Below are positions 59,322 to 64,000 of a DNA stretch of 64,000 bases, in pieces (the stretch's first letter is position 1; every line of letters starts with the position of its first letter). Below the pieces are notes generated by a model. It saw nothing but the letters and a program-made list of their open reading frames with translations, was not told the DNA's origin and did not search any database. A program made the translations under genes and the position numbers. Origin of the DNA: Bacteriovoracaceae bacterium (GTDB lineage: Bacteria > Bdellovibrionota > Bacteriovoracia > Bacteriovoracales > Bacteriovoracaceae); assembly GCA_965217035.1 (NCBI GenBank), contig OZ244226.1, positions 974,146 to 1,038,145 on the forward strand. The letters are read 5' to 3'.

Positions 59322-60818
59322 ATGAAGAAAACTTTGCAGCAAAAAGTGAGTTATTATCTTGTTCTCGGTCTCGTCTCAGTCATTATTCTAGGATTTCTTT
59401 TTACTGGATATGATGGGGCCCCAGGCTCAGTAACAGGAAATTCAAATACTATCGGCAGTGTCGATGGAATACCGGTTAAAGTTCGTGAGTGGCAAAGTAT
59501 TTATAATCAACAATTACAATTCTACTCTCAATTTTCGGGAGGAAAGCCCCTAACCAGAAAACAAATTGAAACATTTGGTGTTGAGAAACGAGTTCGAGAT
59601 ATTATTGTTAACCAAAAACTCTTGATCAAACTTGCTGATGATCTTGGAGTCCACTCTTCAGAGAAAGAACTTGCTAAAGAGATTAAAGATCTCCCTTATT
59701 TCAAAACCAATGAAAAATTCGATGTTGAAAGATACCGCACTCTTTTGAGGGCAAATGGGATAACCACTGCAGAGTTTGAAGAAGAAACTTCAAATAATTT
59801 AAGAATTAGAGGAATCAACACTTCGATTACTTCTTATCCTATTTCAAACTCCTATGCTGAGGAAATTTTTACTTTAAAGAATAATGGAGTTGAAGCACAT
59901 GTCGTTCATTTCAGAAATTCTAATTTAAAAAAATATCTTAAGGTTTCGCAAAAAGAAATTAATGAGTTTTTAAAAGATGAATCAAATAAGAAAACAATTG
60001 AAAATCTATACAATAAAGAGATTTCAAAATACACAAAAGGAGCTGAACGAAAAGCTCGACATATCCTTATAAAAACGACTGATAAGCGTGATGAAAAAGC
60101 AGCAAAAGCCGAAATCGAGAAAATTGCAAAAGAAACGACGGCTGATAATTTTTCAGAGATGGCTAAAAAGTATTCAGAAGATTCTTCAAAAAATAAAGGT
60201 GGGGACCTAGGCTGGTTTGGAAAAGGTCGAATGGTGAAACCATTTGAAGACATGACTTTCTCCCTAAAAAAAGGTGAGGTCTCTAAACCTATTCAATCTA
60301 GATTTGGATACCACATTATTAAACTAGATGATCTCAGAGAAGGAGAAATAACTCCGTTTAAAAATGTTCAAAATCAACTAACGAGAGAACACCTTCAAAA
60401 TAGTAATACAGAAGAAAAAACAAACAAACTCGCAAAGGAAATTATCTCTGATGTGAAAGAAGCCCTTTCAAAAAACAAAATTAAAGAAGTTGAAAAAATT
60501 CAGAAAAAATATGGTTTAACTTTTTTAAAGAATACTAAGATAGATCAATACAACTTGAAAGCAGGTTCAATTGATGTTGATCTTTCAACTTTCAATGATA
60601 TTTCCTCTAAAAAAATTGCAACAGTTGAAAAAGCGACAGAACAATTGATTGCTAAAAAAGTAAAAGCTTTTACTACTAATGACCTTAAAGACAAAGATGA
60701 TAAACTTAAAACAGAAGCTATGAATATCAGTCGTAATCTTGGTGGTCAGATTAACGAGAAGATTTTAAAGCAAATGGAAGAAAATGCTAGTATTAAAGGC
60801 GATATCCTTCAAATCTAG
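59322..60818 (+). CDS. ppiD: PpiD/SurA-like parvulin chaperone
   Basis: N-terminal anchor, SurA_N-like region, HILI, GGDLGWF, FGYHIIK. Confidence 0.85.
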   Translation: MKKTLQQKVSYYLVLGLVSVIILGFLFTGYDGAPGSVTGNSNTIGSVDGIPVKVREWQSIYNQQLQFYSQFSGGKPLTRKQIETFGVEKRVRDIIVNQKLLIKLADDLGVHSSEKELAKEIKDLPYFKTNEKFDVERYRTLLRANGITTAEFEEETSNNLRIRGINTSITSYPISNSYAEEIFTLKNNGVEAHVVHFRNSNLKKYLKVSQKEINEFLKDESNKKTIENLYNKEISKYTKGAERKARHILIKTTDKRDEKAAKAEIEKIAKETTADNFSEMAKKYSEDSSKNKGGDLGWFGKGRMVKPFEDMTFSLKKGEVSKPIQSRFGYHIIKLDDLREGEITPFKNVQNQLTREHLQNSNTEEKTNKLAKEIISDVKEALSKNKIKEVEKIQKKYGLTFLKNTKIDQYNLKAGSIDVDLSTFNDISSKKIATVEKATEQLIAKKVKAFTTNDLKDKDDKLKTEAMNISRNLGGQINEKILKQMEENASIKGDILQI

Positions 60819-60823
60819 TAAAT

Positions 60824-61054
60824 ATGGCTGATAAAACTAACAAGTTTAAGCAAAACATCGACGGGAAGTATTATGTCGATGATCAATGCATAGCCTGTGA
60901 TGCTTGTGTTATGGAAGCTCCTGATTTTTTCGAAATGAACGACGATGATGGGCATGCTTATGTTAAAGCTCAACCAGAATCAGCTCAACAATTGAAAGAA
61001 TGTGAAAATGCTCTTGCCGGATGCCCTGTCGATGCTATTGGAAATGATGGTTGA
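60824..61054 (+). CDS. Single-cluster ferredoxin
   Basis: CIACDAC..APDFF..CPVDAIG. Confidence 0.93.
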   Translation: MADKTNKFKQNIDGKYYVDDQCIACDACVMEAPDFFEMNDDDGHAYVKAQPESAQQLKECENALAGCPVDAIGNDG

Positions 61055-61118
61055 GCTCTAATTACCTGATTATTTCTGATTGTTTTTTCGTATTATAATT
61101 TGCGTTATAATAAGGCAA

Positions 61119-62873
61119 ATGGCAGAAGAAGATCAAAAAAAGAAAGAAATTCAATTAAAATTTCTTTACATTGGAAGTGATTCCGTTTTTTGGAAAAAGT
61201 TCCAAGAAAGAGTCATGACTTCTTATTACGATAAGAAACCTATCTTCAAACAATTCAATGAAAGAGGATGCTTCTCTCCTCTCAAATTATTTTATGATAT
61301 TTACCATGATAATTACTCGGTCGTTTTTCTCGACTTCTCCTTTAATGAAGAAAAACTCATGGAGTTAGCTCAATTACTTCGATCAGAAACTAAAACAAAG
61401 TTAATTAGCACAGTTGGAATTCATGATAGACTCACTAAACCTGAAATTATTTCAAGAGCTTTACTAGCAGGCTTAAGGCTTAATTATTATAAAGGTGAAG
61501 AAATCGATGCAATGATTTTCCAAGTTATTCATTATTGGAAACCTGCCTGGGCCATTCCCCCCCAATTTTCAACTGCAGATATTGAAGAACCCGCTATTCT
61601 TATTCAAGACTTAAGAATTGTCTCCTTTGACTCTGAAGCTTTTGGGATTGAAACAAATTCTCCCATTACTGATGGGGATATTATAACAATTCGGAGGGTT
61701 CTCCCTTCAAAGGTTCAAAAACAAGGTTTTATCGCAAGAGGAGTTAGAGATTTTGATCTTCTTAATAATACGAGATTCGCAGCTCAAATATCTCCGATGC
61801 TTGAGCCTGAAGAAGAGGAATATATTTCTGAAGAAGAACAAGATCAATTAAGAGAAGAAGTCGTTGGCCCTGCCCCCGAAGAAGAAGTAGAAGAAAAAGA
61901 AAAACGTGTCATCACAGCAGAAGAAATCGAACAATTTCTTCAACTTTGGACTCCAAAGAACTTAAGAGTCTATACACCAGAAGAGTATAGAAAAGTTGGA
62001 ATTCTTGTTGTTGATAATATGCTCGAGATATTTACAGATAGAGAGTTCAGATACAAACACCTTCCTTATCGAATTAATTTTCAAGGATCTCTTCACAGTG
62101 AGCTCTTTCAGATAACAAGAAATAGACCTAATCTTATTGTTTTCTCTTATGATCCTGACGTGAATAATTACAATGTTTTAAAAAATATTGTTTCTAAGGT
62201 CAAAACAGCTGAGGGTTATGAACCCCATCTCGTAATCTTCAACTCAACAAAAGTAAATGATGAGCTGATGACTTTTATTAATTACGATAAAGTCCTTTCT
62301 GATGGAGGACCACTCAATTGGGATCTTGTAAAAAAAATGGCTGCAGTTCTCAAAGAAAAAGCGAACGACCCACCTGAAGGAATTAGTTTTGTTCACGGGA
62401 ATAATCCTGGTAATGTCCTTCAAATGGAAAGGGATATAAAAATCCTTAGAGTCAATGAGAAGGAACTTTATCTTGAATGCTTAAGCAATATTCCGATGTA
62501 CACTGTTTTTCGATTAGAAACTCCTGTAAAGATGCTCTTGACGATTGTTCCTATATCTGAAAATCACGAATTTAATAGTACTCCAAATGTTTATAGAGGA
62601 CTCATTAATCTTGTTGCTGATGAACACACTCAAAGACTTAGAGTGAGAATAAAGGATTATCTTTTTCAAGAAAAAGCAGAACTGAAAGAACAAGACCGAG
62701 AAGAACAAGAGCGTAAAAAAGAAGAATACCAATTAAAAAAGGAAGAAGCTCGAAAAATAGAAGAAGCAAAAAAAGCTGAAGAGACTGAAAAAGCTGAAGC
62801 CCAAGCAGCAGAAGAAGCGAAAGAAATTGTACAGGGCGATCCAGACCAAAGAAACACTGAAGAGTCCGAGTAA
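61119..62873 (+). CDS. Hypothetical protein with two degenerate receiver-like + PilZ-like modules and a charged coiled-coil tail (likely start ATG 61119)
   Basis: KFLYIGSD..VVFLD..RALLAG..YYK; DLRIVSFDSEAFGIET; GILVVDN..PNLIVF; DIKILRVNEKELYLEC. Confidence 0.6.
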   Translation: MAEEDQKKKEIQLKFLYIGSDSVFWKKFQERVMTSYYDKKPIFKQFNERGCFSPLKLFYDIYHDNYSVVFLDFSFNEEKLMELAQLLRSETKTKLISTVGIHDRLTKPEIISRALLAGLRLNYYKGEEIDAMIFQVIHYWKPAWAIPPQFSTADIEEPAILIQDLRIVSFDSEAFGIETNSPITDGDIITIRRVLPSKVQKQGFIARGVRDFDLLNNTRFAAQISPMLEPEEEEYISEEEQDQLREEVVGPAPEEEVEEKEKRVITAEEIEQFLQLWTPKNLRVYTPEEYRKVGILVVDNMLEIFTDREFRYKHLPYRINFQGSLHSELFQITRNRPNLIVFSYDPDVNNYNVLKNIVSKVKTAEGYEPHLVIFNSTKVNDELMTFINYDKVLSDGGPLNWDLVKKMAAVLKEKANDPPEGISFVHGNNPGNVLQMERDIKILRVNEKELYLECLSNIPMYTVFRLETPVKMLLTIVPISENHEFNSTPNVYRGLINLVADEHTQRLRVRIKDYLFQEKAELKEQDREEQERKKEEYQLKKEEARKIEEAKKAEETEKAEAQAAEEAKEIVQGDPDQRNTEESE

Positions 62874-62875
62874 GA

Positions 62876-64000
62876 TTATCTTTTCACGTGTCTTTGATTC
62901 GCAGCTAGAACTTTTTTTCGAATTCGAATATTTGCAGGAGTGACTTCAACCCATTCATCATCATCAATCCATCCAAGGGCCCAATCAAGAGATCTCTCCT
63001 TAATCGGAGGAAGAATTATATTTTCGTCCTTACCTGCTGTTCTTACACTACTGAGATGTTTTTCCCGACAGCAGTTTACATTAAGATCGTTATTACGAGT
63101 GTGCTCTCCAATTACCATACCCTCATAGACAATTTCGCCGGGTTTTACAAACTGCTTACCTGATGAAAGAAGATTGAAGAGAGCATAGGGTGTTGTTTTC
63201 CCGGCCCTATCAGAAATAAGAGCCCCATTAGTTCTTGCAAGCATTTTCCCAAGATGATTTCGATACTCTAAAAAATAAGAACTCATCAAGCCTTGTCCAC
63301 GAGTCAAAGTTAAGAAATGATTTCTGAAACCAATAATTCCTCTCGAAGGAATTTCAAACTCAAGCTTGGCCCTTCCTTCACCAAAAGGTTGCATATGACT
63401 CATAATCCCTTTTCTCTCAGCAAGTGCTTCTGTCACCGCTCCAGTTGAATCTTCGGGTACATCCAGTACCACTTTTTCAAAAGGCTCTAGTTCGATACCA
63501 TTTTCCTCTTTGAAGATGACACTTGGTCTTGCAACCATCAATTCAAACCCCTCGCGACGAATCTCTTCAAAGACAATCGCAAGTTGAAGCTCTCCACGAC
63601 CTTTCAATTTGAATATCTTTGGATCTTCTGTTGTCTCATATTTGAGTGCAACATTATTCCGACAAGCTTTTTCAAGGAATTCCTCTAACTTTCGACTTGT
63701 TAAATACTCCCCTTCTTTCCCTGCCACAGGAGAAGTATTGACTGAAACATTCACAGAAACAGTTGGAGGTTCTATTTCAATTCTCGGCAGGGCATTTTCC
63801 ACTTCAAGCGCAGAGAGAGTATCTCCAATTTCCGCATCCTTAAATCCAGCAAGACTTACGATTTCACCGGCTGAAGTTGAGTCGACCGGCTCCTGCGTAA
63901 GACCTTTAAAAATCTGAATCTCAGAAACCTTAAACTGAGATTTCTTTTCTTTTCCAAAAATTCTAATTTGAGAGTTTTTTTGAACAGTTCCTGATAAAAC
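62876..64000 (-). CDS. typA: Translational GTPase TypA/BipA, C-terminal part (5' end outside window)
   Basis: SPVAGKEG..TSR, GRGELQL, RREGFEL, PSRGIIG, YEGMVIGE, DDEWVEVTP; frame open to the window edge. Confidence 0.97.
   Translation of the reverse strand, partial: VLSGTVQKNSQIRIFGKEKKSQFKVSEIQIFKGLTQEPVDSTSAGEIVSLAGFKDAEIGDTLSALEVENALPRIEIEPPTVSVNVSVNTSPVAGKEGEYLTSRKLEEFLEKACRNNVALKYETTEDPKIFKLKGRGELQLAIVFEEIRREGFELMVARPSVIFKEENGIELEPFEKVVLDVPEDSTGAVTEALAERKGIMSHMQPFGEGRAKLEFEIPSRGIIGFRNHFLTLTRGQGLMSSYFLEYRNHLGKMLARTNGALISDRAGKTTPYALFNLLSSGKQFVKPGEIVYEGMVIGEHTRNNDLNVNCCREKHLSSVRTAGKDENIILPPIKERSLDWALGWIDDDEWVEVTPANIRIRKKVLAANQRHVKR

Overview
AT-rich, gene-dense bacterial chromosome window. 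Gene content and protein style suggest Bdellovibrionota (Bacteriovorax/Halobacteriovorax-like predator); this is inference, no search was run. Left: a complete flagellar export/switch cluster on the minus strand (fliL-M-N-O-P-Q-R-flhB-flhA-flhF-flhG-fliA), followed by a membrane sensor truncated by the window edge. Middle: HU, DsbA, SpoIID plus a frameshifted amidase, a sigma54-preceded lipoprotein, hppA, murJ, a Cys-rich/Gly-aromatic secreted protein, uvrC, an M64 peptidase, one complete 876-bp IS5-family element, a PLD-family nuclease, and class II RNR nrdJ with two NrdR boxes. Right: bamB/yfgM-like genes, two beta-barrel OMPs, der-era-rnc, an orphan TadG-like protein, a histone-H1-like/glutaredoxin/HD-dNTPase/DUF350 run, mreC-mreD-mrdA-rodA (no mreB), ppiD, ferredoxin, a REC/PilZ-like tandem protein and partial typA. 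No rRNA, tRNA, CRISPR array or prophage was seen. Best leads: the prion-like secreted protein, the H1-like protein with its own acidic tail, FlhF with degenerate GTPase motifs, a stand-alone UvrD/PcrA-CTD-like protein head-to-head with uvrC, an acidic insertion in Der GD2, and two single-base frameshifts. Family assignments come from motif recognition by eye.
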